A stretch of DNA of 64,000 nucleotides from Nitrospirota bacterium. Its GTDB lineage: Bacteria > Nitrospirota > UBA9217. The translations under genes were made by a program, and so were the position numbers. The notes beneath the pieces are model-generated. The model ran no database searches and had not been told where the DNA came from. It saw only the letters and a program-made list of their open reading frames with translations. Positions within the stretch are counted from its first letter, which is position 1. Each line of letters opens with the position of its first letter. Location: positions 1-64,000 of the forward strand of contig CAVVOB010000021.1 of NCBI GenBank assembly GCA_963749655.1. Direction: 5' to 3'. Shown one piece after another: positions 33,465-43,419 of the stretch.

Positions 33465-33860
33465 CTACTTTTGAACTACATTCATGATCATGCTGAACGA
33501 CAATATGGGGTTTAAACTGTCGTTGGAATAAACGATAAAGTTCTTGATAAGACGTCCTTTTCTTCCTGCTGTCTTGACGCTCGCTTTGATCTGGCTCGTG
33601 GCTCCCGGCTCCAGGTGATCCGAACTGATCACCGCTGCAGTGCATCCTCAGGATGCGTGAACCCGTTCAATGACTAGGTTCCCGGTCCCTGTATTGCGTA
33701 TCTCGAAGACATGAGTTGCTTCCGTGCCTTCCGTCACCTGTCCAAAGTCGTACTGGAGTTCTTTGGCCGTCAGCTTCGGCCCTGCGACATCCTGAGCCCC
33801 AAGAAAGCCGGTAAACACGACAGCTGACAGAACGAAAAACCCGATTAACGCTCTTTTCAT
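33465..33860 (-). CDS. Secreted DUF1573 (Ig-like) selenoprotein, S-U-G-C
   Basis: Signal peptide; YDFGQV..HVFEIRNTG..VHAS-UGA(33648-33650)-GCTAAV..LEPG..VYSND; the family motif is SCGCT; open to TAG 33465-33467 (131 aa). Confidence 0.85.
33614..33633 (-). promoter_or_regulatory. Putative SECIS hairpin of the DUF1573 gene
   Basis: GGTGATC-AGTTCG-GATCACC; loop starts 22 nt after the UGA. Confidence 0.7.
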
Positions 33861-33897
33861 TGCTATTCCCTTCTCGCGGATTGAATCCGCATTTGGA

Positions 33898-34605
33898 TCA
33901 CAGTCCCATCTTTTTCGAGTAGATCATACTGACGAGTTCATCGCGGGTAATCAACCCTTTTTCGATGAGCAGGGTCGTCAACGCGTCTATCCGGAGCCTG
34001 CAGTCCTGCACGCCCTGCTGCAGGGACTCGTCTGAGGAAAGAATCGGCGAACCTGCGGTGGTTTTATCGGACTTTGCCATCGTGAGATCGCTGCCCCGGA
34101 TAATCTCCATTTTCCCGCCTGAAGAATGGCCCCGCTGGGGGAGAGGGCTCAGCGCCTGTTTGCGGACGACGGTCTCGCCGTCGTAGTATTTCCTGATAGC
34201 GTCCCTGATCTCAGACGCCATGGCAAGCGACGGTTTGATGTTGAAGCCCGTTGCAAAGCGAATTGCGTCGATGGCTTCGATGTCGAGGGGGTCCGACATT
34301 GCGAGGGTGAGGGTGCCTTTTTCCTTCCGTACGGGAACGACAAGGTACTTTTTGGCGACCTCCGCCTTGACCAGCTTGATAAACTCCCCAGGGAGTTCGG
34401 GCTCGAACAGATTAATATAGGGAGTCTTGAGTTTTTCGGCGATGACCTGCGCGAGATCTTCCTCGCGGACGAACTCCAGTTCAATGAGGATGTTGCCTAG
34501 TTTTCCTCCCCAGTTGCGCTGGTGGGAAAGCGCCGACTGGAGCTGGAAATCGTCTATAAGACCGGCATCCTTCAGCATGTCCCCAAGCTTTCTTTGTTCG
34601 GCCAT
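33898..34605 (-). CDS. MshEN / GspE N-terminal domain protein without an ATPase domain
   Basis: RKLGDMLKDAGLI..QLQSALSHQ..KLGNILIE; AMSDPLD. Confidence 0.85.
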   Translation of the reverse strand: MAEQRKLGDMLKDAGLIDDFQLQSALSHQRNWGGKLGNILIELEFVREEDLAQVIAEKLKTPYINLFEPELPGEFIKLVKAEVAKKYLVVPVRKEKGTLTLAMSDPLDIEAIDAIRFATGFNIKPSLAMASEIRDAIRKYYDGETVVRKQALSPLPQRGHSSGGKMEIIRGSDLTMAKSDKTTAGSPILSSDESLQQGVQDCRLRIDALTTLLIEKGLITRDELVSMIYSKKMGL

Positions 34606-34958
34606 AAAATCCGACCTCCCTCATAGCCCCCTGCTCATGAAACACGGATTTCATGAATTATATGCCCGGCCAATGCGGAATGTCAACGTATTTTAGGCGA
34701 AAACAGCATTTTGCAGGCCTCTGCCATAACAGCTCCCCGCCGGCAAAGAACGCCGTGCTGTCCGGAGACAACGCTCATGTTCTCAAGGCACACACCGTGA
34801 GGAAAGACTACGTGAAGGTCAAAGTCGGATGAGTATGGATCCGGGGGTGAAAAAATCGGCTTTACGGTGTTGCTTCGGCTTGTGCGGTTGACGCTGCCTG
34901 AGGCAGCTGCAGGATCGCCTCTTACCCGGCGCGGGGCTTCAGCCTCTGATTCCCACGA

Positions 34959-35732
34959 TCATTTGTCCTGCTTCATCTCAGCAGTGTCCTGCCCGGCGGG
35001 CAAGTGCCTCAGATCCACATGCCCCAACGCTGAGAGCAAGCTTGCCTTGATTCCCGGATGCTCCTGTTCGAGAAGTGCAAGCAGGTTTTTGATCCTTGCC
35101 CGTTTCATGTCCTGGTCGCCGCACGCCGGACAGGCGCAGCAGGCAATGGGAAAGCCGGCCTCCGCGGCATAGCGAATGATATCATCTTCAGGCACATAAA
35201 CAAGGGGCCGGATCACCACATTGGTGCCGTCGTCAGCGTGCAGAAGCGGCGCCATGGCTTTGATCCTGCCGTTGTAAAAAAGGTTCAGCAGAAGCGTTTC
35301 AATGAAATCGTCTCGATGATGGCCGAGGGCGATCTTGGTGCACCCGAGCTCCCGTGCCTTCGTGTACAGAACTCCCCGTTTGATCCTGGCACAGAGCGCG
35401 CAGGGAGTGTCATCGGGCGACAACTTGTCGAGCAGGAGCCGGTGGACCGGAGCGTGTGCAATGTGATACTCGAAGTTCCGGCTTTCGAGGTACTCTTCCA
35501 GGGAGTCGGTCCGGAATCCGGGGAACCCGGGATGAACTGTAACGGCGACGAGCGAGAACGTCACCGGGGCCCGCTTTCGGAGGTTTTCAAGAACCTGCAG
35601 CAATGTCCAGCTGTCTTTGCCGCCCGACAGGGCCACGAGAATCCGATCGTGGTTCCCGATCATAGCGAACTCCCCGATCGCGCGTCCCGCAAGACGCCTG
35701 ATGTCGTGCTCCAGACATTCTGCTTTTTGCAT
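34959..35732 (-). CDS. ttcA: tRNA 2-thiocytidine(32) synthetase
   Basis: SGGKDS, PCALCARIKRG, ALGHHRDD, IRPLVY, CCACPAC. Confidence 0.92.
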   Translation of the reverse strand: MQKAECLEHDIRRLAGRAIGEFAMIGNHDRILVALSGGKDSWTLLQVLENLRKRAPVTFSLVAVTVHPGFPGFRTDSLEEYLESRNFEYHIAHAPVHRLLLDKLSPDDTPCALCARIKRGVLYTKARELGCTKIALGHHRDDFIETLLLNLFYNGRIKAMAPLLHADDGTNVVIRPLVYVPEDDIIRYAAEAGFPIACCACPACGDQDMKRARIKNLLALLEQEHPGIKASLLSALGHVDLRHLPAGQDTAEMKQDK

Positions 35733-35836
35733 GCATCAATCCTAAATCCCGACACGGAATTAGTCAACCGAAAAGGACGCGCCATTTTTCGGAGCCGTCC
35801 TGTCCGGAATGCCGGCTGTTGAGGTGGAAAGCAAAA

Positions 35837-35864
35837 GGGGCTTCCGGATGAATCCGGAAGCCCC
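35837..35864 (-). terminator. Rho-independent terminator
   Basis: GGGGCTTCCGGA..TCCGGAAGCCCC stem followed by TTTTGCTTT on the minus strand. Confidence 0.8.
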
Positions 35865-35881
35865 TCGACAAAGCAAAATGT

Positions 35882-36241
35882 CTAGCGTTTTTTCCTGGCC
35901 GCCTTCTTTTTCCCGGCCTTTTTTCCGGCCTTTTTGGCAGCCTTCTTTTTCGCGGTTTTCTTCTTGACCGCCTTTTTTGCAGCCTTTTTTGAAGCCTTTT
36001 TCTTGGGCTTTGCCTTTACGGCTTTCTTTTTTACAGCCTTTTTCTTCGCTTTCTTCTTTGCCGCGGGCTTCTTCTTCGGCGCTGCCGCCGACGCCACACC
36101 GGACACTTCAGGAACATTCACTTCCGCTGCTTCCAGACCGCAGCAATAAACCGGTTCCTCGTAGACATCGCCTGTTCTCGTCACATCGATCCTTCTGCCG
36201 CATACCCTGCAACCATACTGCACAACCCTCTCAATAGCCAT
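35882..36241 (-). CDS. Desulforedoxin-like Cys motif domain with a histone H1-like Lys/Ala tail
   Basis: SD AAGGAGG; YGCRVCG...VYCCG followed by about 65 aa of KKAAKK-type repeats. Confidence 0.75.
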   Translation of the reverse strand: MAIERVVQYGCRVCGRRIDVTRTGDVYEEPVYCCGLEAAEVNVPEVSGVASAAAPKKKPAAKKKAKKKAVKKKAVKAKPKKKASKKAAKKAVKKKTAKKKAAKKAGKKAGKKKAARKKR

Positions 36242-36430
36242 ATGCGCTGCCCTCCTTGGCAAGCTGATAACCCGCTTCGAAACGGGTTGAATAACGCTCC
36301 CGGCTGGAGAAGCAAAGGCCCGGAACGGTGTCCTTTGTGCGGCTCAGTCGCCGATATGCAGTCATGTTGCTTAAAAGTTACTGTAGAATCATACGCGAAA
36401 AATGTCAAGTTTTTTTCAGCTTTTCAGCTG

Positions 36431-36622
36431 TCAACACCACAACCTCGGCTGCTTCCTGTTTGCGTTGACCATGGCGGTGCGCCTTTTGTCCGCCTGTTGC
36501 ATGTCCCAGATTCTTTCCATCCCTTCGATCGCTGCAGAGAGCGCTTCGTCGGTTATTTCTCCATCCCAGCTCTTTTTTTCGGCCAGCCGGTAGAGTTCCA
36601 GGATTACATCTTCAATCGTCAT
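36431..36622 (-). CDS. Hypothetical small protein
   Basis: SD AGGAGA; 63 aa helical-looking ORF. Confidence 0.5.
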   Translation of the reverse strand: MTIEDVILELYRLAEKKSWDGEITDEALSAAIEGMERIWDMQQADKRRTAMVNANRKQPRLWC

Positions 36623-36691
36623 GGGAATCTCCTTTTAAAATAATAGGTTGGCTGATTTAGTTTCTTTAAGGTCTTTTCCGATCGCTCCGGG

Positions 36692-36726
36692 TAAAAAAGA
36701 AAGCCGGGTGGATACGCCCGGCTTTG
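36692..36726 (-). terminator. Terminator downstream of nrdJ
   Basis: AAAGCCGGG..CCCGGCTTT followed by CTTTTTT on the minus strand. Confidence 0.7.
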
Positions 36727-36872
36727 CGACAGGTACGGTTGCCCTTCGGCAAAAGAACATTGGTTATATGAGATTTGATCACTTGCCCTCCGGTCAAACA
36801 GCTCTCAGGACAACAGCGGCTGGGTGCCGGACTGAAACCGTTCCAGCCGGACTCATGCAGCCCGCAGAGAAA

Positions 36873-39224
36873 TCAACCGCACTTCGAGAACCCGCAGCCC
36901 CTGCAGAAGGCGCACCCTTCGCCGAACTCCAGCAGACTTCCGCAGTCCGGGCATTCGGGGCAGAGCCCGAGATGGTTTTTGTTCCCGCCTTGGGCGCAGT
37001 CCGATGATGCATAGGCAACGGTCGCCTGGGGCGCTGCGGCGGCCTTCGGTTTATGCTGGTGATGGTGGCCCTCCTTGGCATACCGTTCGAGAGCGCGGCC
37101 GATCGCGTCGGGACAGGAGAGGATAGACCCCCCCTCTCCCCAGGCCGGCGACGGGCAGCGGATGCCCTTCACCTGCTTGATGATGGCGTCCATGGAAACG
37201 CCAGAACGGAGCGCCAGGGAAACCATGCGCGAGACCGCTTCGGACTGGCTTGCCGCGCACCCGCCCGACTTGCCCATGGTCGAAAAGACCTCGCAGATGC
37301 CCTCGTCGTCCTCATTGATGGTGATGTAGAGGTTGCCGCAGCCGGTGGGTATCTTCTGGGTCACGCCGTGGGTGAGAAGCGGCCGCTGGCGCGGCTTCTT
37401 CTCCTCTGCAAGCTCCGGCGACGCCGATGCCACCGTTATATGCTGGGCAGCGGCTTTGCGCGCCTTCTCCGTCGCCCCGGTGGACAGGACCTGCTCGTCG
37501 CGGGACCCGTCGCGGTAGATAGTAACGCCCTTGCAGCCCGTCTTGTAGGCCATCAGGTAGACCTTCTCAACGTCCTTCTGGGTCGCGCTGTGCGGGAAAT
37601 TGACGGTCTTGGACACGGCGTTGTCGGTGTACTTCTGGAATGCCGCCTGCATCCGGATATGCCATTCGGGAGTGATGTCGTGGGCCGTGACGAAAACCTG
37701 CTGCACGTCCTCGGGCACGGTCGGGATGTTTGTGCAGCCACCGTGCTCCGCGATCTCCTTCATGAGTTTCTCCGAGGCAAAGCCCCGCGCTTTTGCCACA
37801 CGCTCGAACACGGGGTTTACTTCGAGGAGCTCCGCCCCGTCGAGCACCTTCCGGACGAACGTAAGGCCGAAGAGCGGCTCAATGCCGCTCGAACAGCCGG
37901 CGATGATGGACAGGGTGCCCGTCGGTGCGATGGTCGTCACGGTCGCGTTCCTGATGCCCTGGGGCCGGGTGCCGTCGTCGTAGATGCTGCCCTTGAAGTT
38001 CGGGAAAGCACCGCGCTCCCTGGCGAGTTCGGTGCTCACGGCGCGTCCCTCATCGGTGATGAATTTCATGATCTTCTCGCCGGTCCGTACGGCCTCCTCG
38101 GAGTTGTAGGGAATGCCGATCTCCAGCAGCATGTCGGCAAAGCCCATGACTCCCAGGCCGATCTTGCGGTTTGCCCGGGTCATCTCGGAGATCTTGTCGA
38201 TGGGATAGCGGTTGACATCGATCACGTTGTCGAGGAAATGGACCGCCTGACGGACCGTATGCCGGATCTTGTCGAAGTCGATCTCCCTGCCCGGCGTCAG
38301 CATTCTGGCCAGGTTGATCGAACCCAGGTTGCAGGATTCATAGGGAAGCAGCGGTTGCTCGCCGCAGGGATTGGTGGACTCGACCTTGCCGATGTGCGGT
38401 GTGGGATTGAACTGGTTGATGCGGTCCAGGAAGATGATGCCCGGATCGCCGTTCTTCCAGGCCATGTTCACGATGGTGTCGAAGACCTTGCGGGCCTGGA
38501 GCCGCTTCACCGCGGTCCTGTTGCGCGGAGAGACCAGCTCGTATTCCCCGTCCGTGTCCACGGCGTCCATGAAGGCGTCGGTCATGGCCACGGAGATGTT
38601 GAAGTTGTTCAGGCGGTCGTTCTGCTGCTTGCAGGTGACGAAATCGAGGACATCAGGATGGTCCACCGAAAGGATGCCCATATTGGCGCCCCGGCGGGTG
38701 CCTCCCTGCTTCACCGTCTCCGTAGCGGCATCGAACACGGTCATGAAGGAAATAGGGCCGGAAGAAACGCCCTTGGTCGATTTCACTACATCGTTCTTCG
38801 GCCGGATGCGGGAGAAGGAAAAGCCCGTACCGCCGCCGGACTTGTGAATGAGCGCGGCGTTCTTCACGGACTCGAAAATCTCGTCCATGGAGTCGCCCAC
38901 CGGCAGCACGAAGCACGCCGAAAGCTGTCCCAGTTCGCGACCGGCATTCATCAGCGTGGGGCTGTTCGGAAGGAACTCGAGGGAGGTCATGAGGCGGTAG
39001 AATTCCGTGGCCGTCCGTTCCACATCGGCGGCGGTCCCGCCGTAGGCCCGGTCGGCCTCGGCAATGGTCCTGGCCACGCGGGTAAACATGTCAACTGCCG
39101 TTTCCACAACAGTCCCGTCTTCATTCCGTTTGAGATACCTTTTTTCAAGAACCTTGATGCAGTTTTCGGAAAGATTTAGTCCCTTGCCGGAAGCCGTTGT
39201 CGAAACAGAAGCTGTACTCTTCAT
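36873..39224 (-). CDS. nrdJ: Vitamin B12-dependent (class II) ribonucleotide reductase with C-terminal TSCPD and Zn-ribbon region
   Basis: PNSPTLMNAG, SACFV, TNPCGEQPL, TIAPTGT, KGVTIYRDGSR, SCPDAI, CPDCG..CRGCGFSKC. Confidence 0.95.
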   Translation of the reverse strand: MKSTASVSTTASGKGLNLSENCIKVLEKRYLKRNEDGTVVETAVDMFTRVARTIAEADRAYGGTAADVERTATEFYRLMTSLEFLPNSPTLMNAGRELGQLSACFVLPVGDSMDEIFESVKNAALIHKSGGGTGFSFSRIRPKNDVVKSTKGVSSGPISFMTVFDAATETVKQGGTRRGANMGILSVDHPDVLDFVTCKQQNDRLNNFNISVAMTDAFMDAVDTDGEYELVSPRNRTAVKRLQARKVFDTIVNMAWKNGDPGIIFLDRINQFNPTPHIGKVESTNPCGEQPLLPYESCNLGSINLARMLTPGREIDFDKIRHTVRQAVHFLDNVIDVNRYPIDKISEMTRANRKIGLGVMGFADMLLEIGIPYNSEEAVRTGEKIMKFITDEGRAVSTELARERGAFPNFKGSIYDDGTRPQGIRNATVTTIAPTGTLSIIAGCSSGIEPLFGLTFVRKVLDGAELLEVNPVFERVAKARGFASEKLMKEIAEHGGCTNIPTVPEDVQQVFVTAHDITPEWHIRMQAAFQKYTDNAVSKTVNFPHSATQKDVEKVYLMAYKTGCKGVTIYRDGSRDEQVLSTGATEKARKAAAQHITVASASPELAEEKKPRQRPLLTHGVTQKIPTGCGNLYITINEDDEGICEVFSTMGKSGGCAASQSEAVSRMVSLALRSGVSMDAIIKQVKGIRCPSPAWGEGGSILSCPDAIGRALERYAKEGHHHQHKPKAAAAPQATVAYASSDCAQGGNKNHLGLCPECPDCGSLLEFGEGCAFCRGCGFSKCG

Positions 39225-39346
39225 AAATCTTCCTCCTCATAAAATTGGCTGACTGTGGAAACAAACTGAGATAGAGCACCCCGCAGGCTGCTCACAAAAT
39301 TACATAAAAAATATGTTGAATGCTTATTTTTTGGTTAGAACAGGGT

Positions 39347-39394
39347 GCACTCTATTTTGTGGAACGGCATAATTATAGCCACAAGATGTTGTGT
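39347..39394. promoter_or_regulatory. Tandem NrdR boxes
   Basis: GCACTCTATTTTGTGG (39347) and CCACAAGATGTTGTGT (39379), 32 bp apart, upstream of nrdJ. Confidence 0.75.
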
Positions 39395-39401
39395 TTGTCA
39401 A
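39372..39401 (-). promoter_or_regulatory. Sigma70 promoter of nrdJ
   Basis: TTGACA (39401-39396), 18 nt spacer, TATAAT (39377-39372); one NrdR box lies in the spacer. Confidence 0.75.
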
Positions 39402-39761
39402 ACTAAAATTAAAGAATTGCACAATGTCGCAAAATGCCTGTTTATGCTTGTTTCATGCGGTTTTTTTTACCCTTTCGCAGTTCTCAAAGCCACCATCAAG
39501 GCCAAAATAAAACAGTATCTTAAAACCGCAGGCCAGGGGCTCCATTTCTTTGATGTTTTTTTTACGAAACCGCTCCTTAAAGACCGGATAGGTCTGGTTT
39601 ATAAAAAAGGAGCACTCAGTTTCAAGTCTCCGGTCTCAAGTTTCAAGTTTTGAGTCTCCAGCATGGGGTTCGGATCTTGTGTTTACTAAAGCCAGCTGGC
39701 AGGCCTGCAGGCTGACCAGCTCACAGGCTTGCGGACTAACCGCTTGTACGCTTTCATGCAT

Positions 39762-40382
39762 TCACGTTTTCCCCATTCCGCATTCCGCATTCCGCTTGCC
39801 CGCTGTTGCCGATTTCACGAGGACCACGGCACGACTGAACCGGACAGGCGGGGCATTGCTGGTCAGGAAACCTGCCTGTCGGGCGTGGCCGATGATTTCC
39901 CGAAACCGCAGTTCGCTCACATGCATCCTCGGCTCCGCGTACAGGACCCTTCCTTCGCTGACGAGGAGGGATGAAACCTGACGGAAAAAACGGGGGATGT
40001 CCCGCACCTCGTGCACCATCCAGAAAGCGAGCGCGAAATCCACGGAGCTGCGCAGCATGATGTCGTCCTCTGCGGCAAGCAAAGGTTTGATGCGGCCCGC
40101 TATACCGGCCTTTGTCGCACGATTCAGCATCACGTCCAGCATTTTCTGCTGAAGGTCGACCGCGATGACGGCCCCGCTCGCGCCCACCATCCCGGCCATG
40201 GCGATCGTAAAATATCCCATGCCGCATCCGATGTCGGCCACGGTCATCCCTTCCCGCACGAGGGACCCGAGCATCTTTCGGGGATCGTGCAGGAACCTGC
40301 GGAAGGGGTTATCGAAAGTATACGCCAGCCACCAGGGGCAAACGTGGTCTTCCCGCATAAGAACACTTCGGAGTGATTTCAT
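39762..40382 (-). CDS. Class I SAM-dependent methyltransferase
   Basis: HVCPWW N-terminus, VADIGCGMGYFT, FWMVHEV. Confidence 0.88.
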   Translation of the reverse strand: MKSLRSVLMREDHVCPWWLAYTFDNPFRRFLHDPRKMLGSLVREGMTVADIGCGMGYFTIAMAGMVGASGAVIAVDLQQKMLDVMLNRATKAGIAGRIKPLLAAEDDIMLRSSVDFALAFWMVHEVRDIPRFFRQVSSLLVSEGRVLYAEPRMHVSELRFREIIGHARQAGFLTSNAPPVRFSRAVVLVKSATAGKRNAECGMGKT

Positions 40383-40607
40383 GGACTGTCCTCGTCCTAT
40401 CCTGGGTCAGATTGCTGAATCATCATTGATCTAGAAAACAAGGGGAATGGAAAGACAAGATTGTACTGCCGTTATCTCAGCACAAACGTATTCATCCAGG
40501 CTGAGGTTTCCATTGTTTCATTGAACGAACATCTGAAAAAATCTCGAGCACCGCCACCCCTGCTGAGATCGCTCCGTCCTGCACCAGGACGGTCAGAATA
40601 TGCCGAA

Positions 40608-40766
40608 TCACTTCTTGGGAGCCTTGGATTCCTTCGCCTGTCCTGCCGGAGAAACGGCGCTGTTCTTGCCGCCCCCCGGCTCGCCTGCCGGCTCATGGGC
40701 CGCATAGATGCCGCAGCCTGCCATGAGCAGTGCAGCTGCAGTAACTATGAGCAGATATCGAATCAT
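40608..40766 (-). CDS. Small putative lipoprotein
   Basis: SD GAGG; MIRYLLIVTAAALLMAGC lipobox. Confidence 0.5.
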   Translation of the reverse strand: MIRYLLIVTAAALLMAGCGIYAAHEPAGEPGGGKNSAVSPAGQAKESKAPKK

Positions 40767-40805
40767 CGGCTGGTTAACCTCTCGGAAAAGATTTCGGTAC
40801 ACTCC

Positions 40806-41247
40806 TCATTGATCCAGCGCGGACGAAGCCTCAAGGTGTTGCTGCTCCATCCGCTGGTTGCGCTTTGTCGGACAGGTTCGCAAAATCCCGTCGTACCTTC
40901 TCGATGTTCTCGCGGAACCCCTCGCCGTCACGTTGAGGTGCGGGAGCGCATGGCGGTCCAGCATGATGTAGTCGCGGCGATGCACCTTGGGGATGCCGTA
41001 GATCGGGAAGCAGACGGCCTGGAACAGGGTCATCATGAGATCGAGCACCAGCGCCGCGGGCCCCGCGGATAAAGGGCATGATCTTCTTGATTAACGCCTT
41101 CTGCCCATGCTTGACCCATTCCTCAAAAGTCACCTTCCCGCCGAAGATCTTGTAATAGTACTCCACTTCCTTTTTCTGGATCTCCAGGACAAGCTCCAGC
41201 TCGAGTCCCTTGATCCTGGCGACCAGCGCCAGTAATCTCTTTTCCAT
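40806..41247 (-). pseudogene. Disrupted hypothetical membrane protein
   Basis: Pieces in different frames: MEKRLLALVARIKGLE.., LFQAVCFPIYGIPKVHRRDYIMLDRH.., GFRENIEKVRRDF. Confidence 0.5.
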
Positions 41248-41291
41248 GACGCCTCTTGTCCGGCCGATAGAGGCGCCGGCACGCGGATCCG

Positions 41292-41699
41292 CTATGCTTT
41301 AAGCTTCAGGAACATCCCCAAAGCCCGGTCGGAGTATTTGATATGGTTGAGCAGCCAGTCCACGCACAGGTCCGTTATCTCATCACCCAGCTGTTTGCTG
41401 AAGCCCTCCCTGAACAGGCGTGCCTTCTGCTTGTCGAAGGTCTTCACGAACTGCTCGTGCTGAGCCTTATGCTGGGATGTGCTGGAGTACTTGAAGCGGT
41501 CCATGTGTTTTTCTTCCGTCCCGAAGTGAAAAACGACATAGTCGGTCAGATACTGAATGATCTTCTCGAGTTCCTGCCTGTCGACCGCATTTTTGTCGAA
41601 GGATGCAAGCAGGCTGTTGATGCGGCTGAAAAGTTCCTTGTGCTGAGTATCGATTTCCGACGACCCCGACGCCAGGTTCTCGTTCCATTGTATCGGCAT
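41292..41699 (-). CDS. Bacteriohemerythrin
   Basis: W..L..G..EIDTQHKEL, HFGTEE, HKAQH, WLLNHIKYSD. Confidence 0.93.
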   Translation of the reverse strand: MPIQWNENLASGSSEIDTQHKELFSRINSLLASFDKNAVDRQELEKIIQYLTDYVVFHFGTEEKHMDRFKYSSTSQHKAQHEQFVKTFDKQKARLFREGFSKQLGDEITDLCVDWLLNHIKYSDRALGMFLKLKA

Positions 41700-41805
41700 G
41701 GTGTACTCCTTTTCCCCGGTGTTTGTGCCGCGGACCCGGTCCGCAGCGAGCCTGAACTATACCACAGTTTATAACGGTTACAATACAATTATTGCCGCGC
41801 GCCTT

Positions 41806-42276
41806 TCACTCCACAACCCAGACGGCGCAGTTTTTGGCTTCGTGAATGAGCCGGTTCGACGTGCTGCCGAAAAGGAACTCCTCGGCTTTTGATTTGTGAT
41901 GGCGTCCGACAACAATGGTGCAGCAGGTCAGGTCGCACCGCGTATCGAGAATGGCTTCGGACAATGAGGTGGAGTCTCCGACGCAGGACCGGATGCGGAC
42001 CTTGTCGGGATCGAACCCGGACTGGATCAGGATCTGCCGATACTTTTCGAGCATGATGTTCGCCTTTTCCAGGTGTTCTTTCGTCCAGGCGATCCGCTCC
42101 TGCTCGTCTTCGAAGAAGTCCTCCTCGGGCTCGGGAATGACCGAAAGGAGCGTCGCGCGGAAGCCGGGGAAACCGCCGAGAACGTCGGCAACGTACAGCA
42201 CTGCGCGGCGGGAGCTGTCGCTCTCCTCCACGGCGATCAGCAGGTGCTTGTCCTTGACCGGGTTGCCTGTCTGCAT
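41806..42276 (-). CDS. Universal stress protein
   Basis: LLIAVEES..SRRAV, IVVGRH, FLFGSTSNRLIH..AVWVV. Confidence 0.9.
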   Translation of the reverse strand: MQTGNPVKDKHLLIAVEESDSSRRAVLYVADVLGGFPGFRATLLSVIPEPEEDFFEDEQERIAWTKEHLEKANIMLEKYRQILIQSGFDPDKVRIRSCVGDSTSLSEAILDTRCDLTCCTIVVGRHHKSKAEEFLFGSTSNRLIHEAKNCAVWVVE

Positions 42277-42426
42277 GAGGGGCTCCTTTTAAAAATGCAA
42301 TAACGTTTACAGTCTCTTGTTTCGAGTTTCGAGTTGCAAGATGATAAAAAAAGACCGACAGGGAACCTTCGACCTGAGACTTGTATCGAAACCTGAAACT
42401 CGAAATCCGAAACTAAAAACTCGAAA

Positions 42427-43419
42427 CTATCTCCCGGATATCCGCCGCAACTCTTCCCTCGCGTCTCCCAGGTCTTCCAAAAGCTCCCGCGTTTCTTCGT
42501 AATAGACCTGCGAGCCCAGGGAGAAATGCATCAGCACCCGGTTCAACTTCTCCGGGATGTAGGGATAGATCTTCCGGAGATTGTTCACGCGATTGCGGAA
42601 CACGATGTTCACATCGTCGGAAGTCAAACGATCGAGCAGCGCCGGGGCCTGGTCGAGCAGGCGGTAGGTGGTCACGTCGCCCCGGCCCGTGATGAAGAGC
42701 AGTACATTCCCAAGCCCGAAAAGGTCATACCCGAAGCGGCTCTCACCATGGCGGTAGTTGAAGTCGAAATCGATCCAGCGATAGCCGCCGGTTGCGTCGT
42801 CCCGGATGATGTGATCGCGCCTGATGTCGCCGTGCTTTTCGTTGTTCTCGTGCAGAAACCGGATGGCCTCGACGATCGTGATGAAGTCGTCGAGCAGACC
42901 CGGGTAGCGGTTGAAAAAAAAATATTCGTGGTCGTCCCTGATCTCAACCACGAGCTGCCCCAGCGTCCTGCCCTTGATATAATCGAGGATGCGGAGCTGT
43001 CCGCCCGATGAGTCCAGCACCGTTTTGCCCTGCATGAACTCCGGTCTGCCGCGCACCAGTTCGAGGATCCGCGCCTCCTTCTGGGGGCTCCTGACGCAGT
43101 CGAACACGAGGTCCCCGATCCTCGCCTGGAACCGCTCCCGGAACACCCATTTCAGTATCTTGACCTCGCCGGTCCGGAGGTCCCGCGCACGCTTGACCCA
43201 GAACTTCTGCTCGTCCTCGAGGCCGAACCGCCCCTCGCGCTCGTTGTTCCTGACGAAATACGGCACCCCGTCGAGAAGAACGACATCATCGTAGTCCACG
43301 CGAAAAAAATCGGCGGTGTCTTTGACCGTTACCCGTCTGGGCACGCGTTCGCGCGGAACCCACCTGCGGATCATGCGCAGAAGGTCCTTCTCGCTGAAAC
43401 CGCCGTACTCAACTGCCAT
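42427..43419 (-). CDS. Protein kinase-like protein
   Basis: ILKW lysine, HGDIRRDHI catalytic loop, WIDFD, DLFGLG. Confidence 0.75.
   Translation of the reverse strand: MAVEYGGFSEKDLLRMIRRWVPRERVPRRVTVKDTADFFRVDYDDVVLLDGVPYFVRNNEREGRFGLEDEQKFWVKRARDLRTGEVKILKWVFRERFQARIGDLVFDCVRSPQKEARILELVRGRPEFMQGKTVLDSSGGQLRILDYIKGRTLGQLVVEIRDDHEYFFFNRYPGLLDDFITIVEAIRFLHENNEKHGDIRRDHIIRDDATGGYRWIDFDFNYRHGESRFGYDLFGLGNVLLFITGRGDVTTYRLLDQAPALLDRLTSDDVNIVFRNRVNNLRKIYPYIPEKLNRVLMHFSLGSQVYYEETRELLEDLGDAREELRRISGR

Noticed and set aside
34777-34870. Short plus-strand ORF with two in-frame TGA codons
   Set aside because: No Cys-like motif context, no clear SECIS-like hairpin, and it runs antisense into ttcA.
36700-36760. 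GGGCAACC...CGCAAAGCC on the minus strand resembling a c-di-GMP-I riboswitch
   Set aside because: The GNRA-capped P2 stem is missing; the adjacent stem plus T run is explained as the nrdJ terminator.
37053-39179. 708 aa plus-strand ORF, and similar long ORFs at 30442-31944, 31948-33153, 12486-13796, 52788-54068 and 62485-63549
   Set aside because: Antisense shadows of well-supported genes in GC-rich DNA; no motifs of their own.
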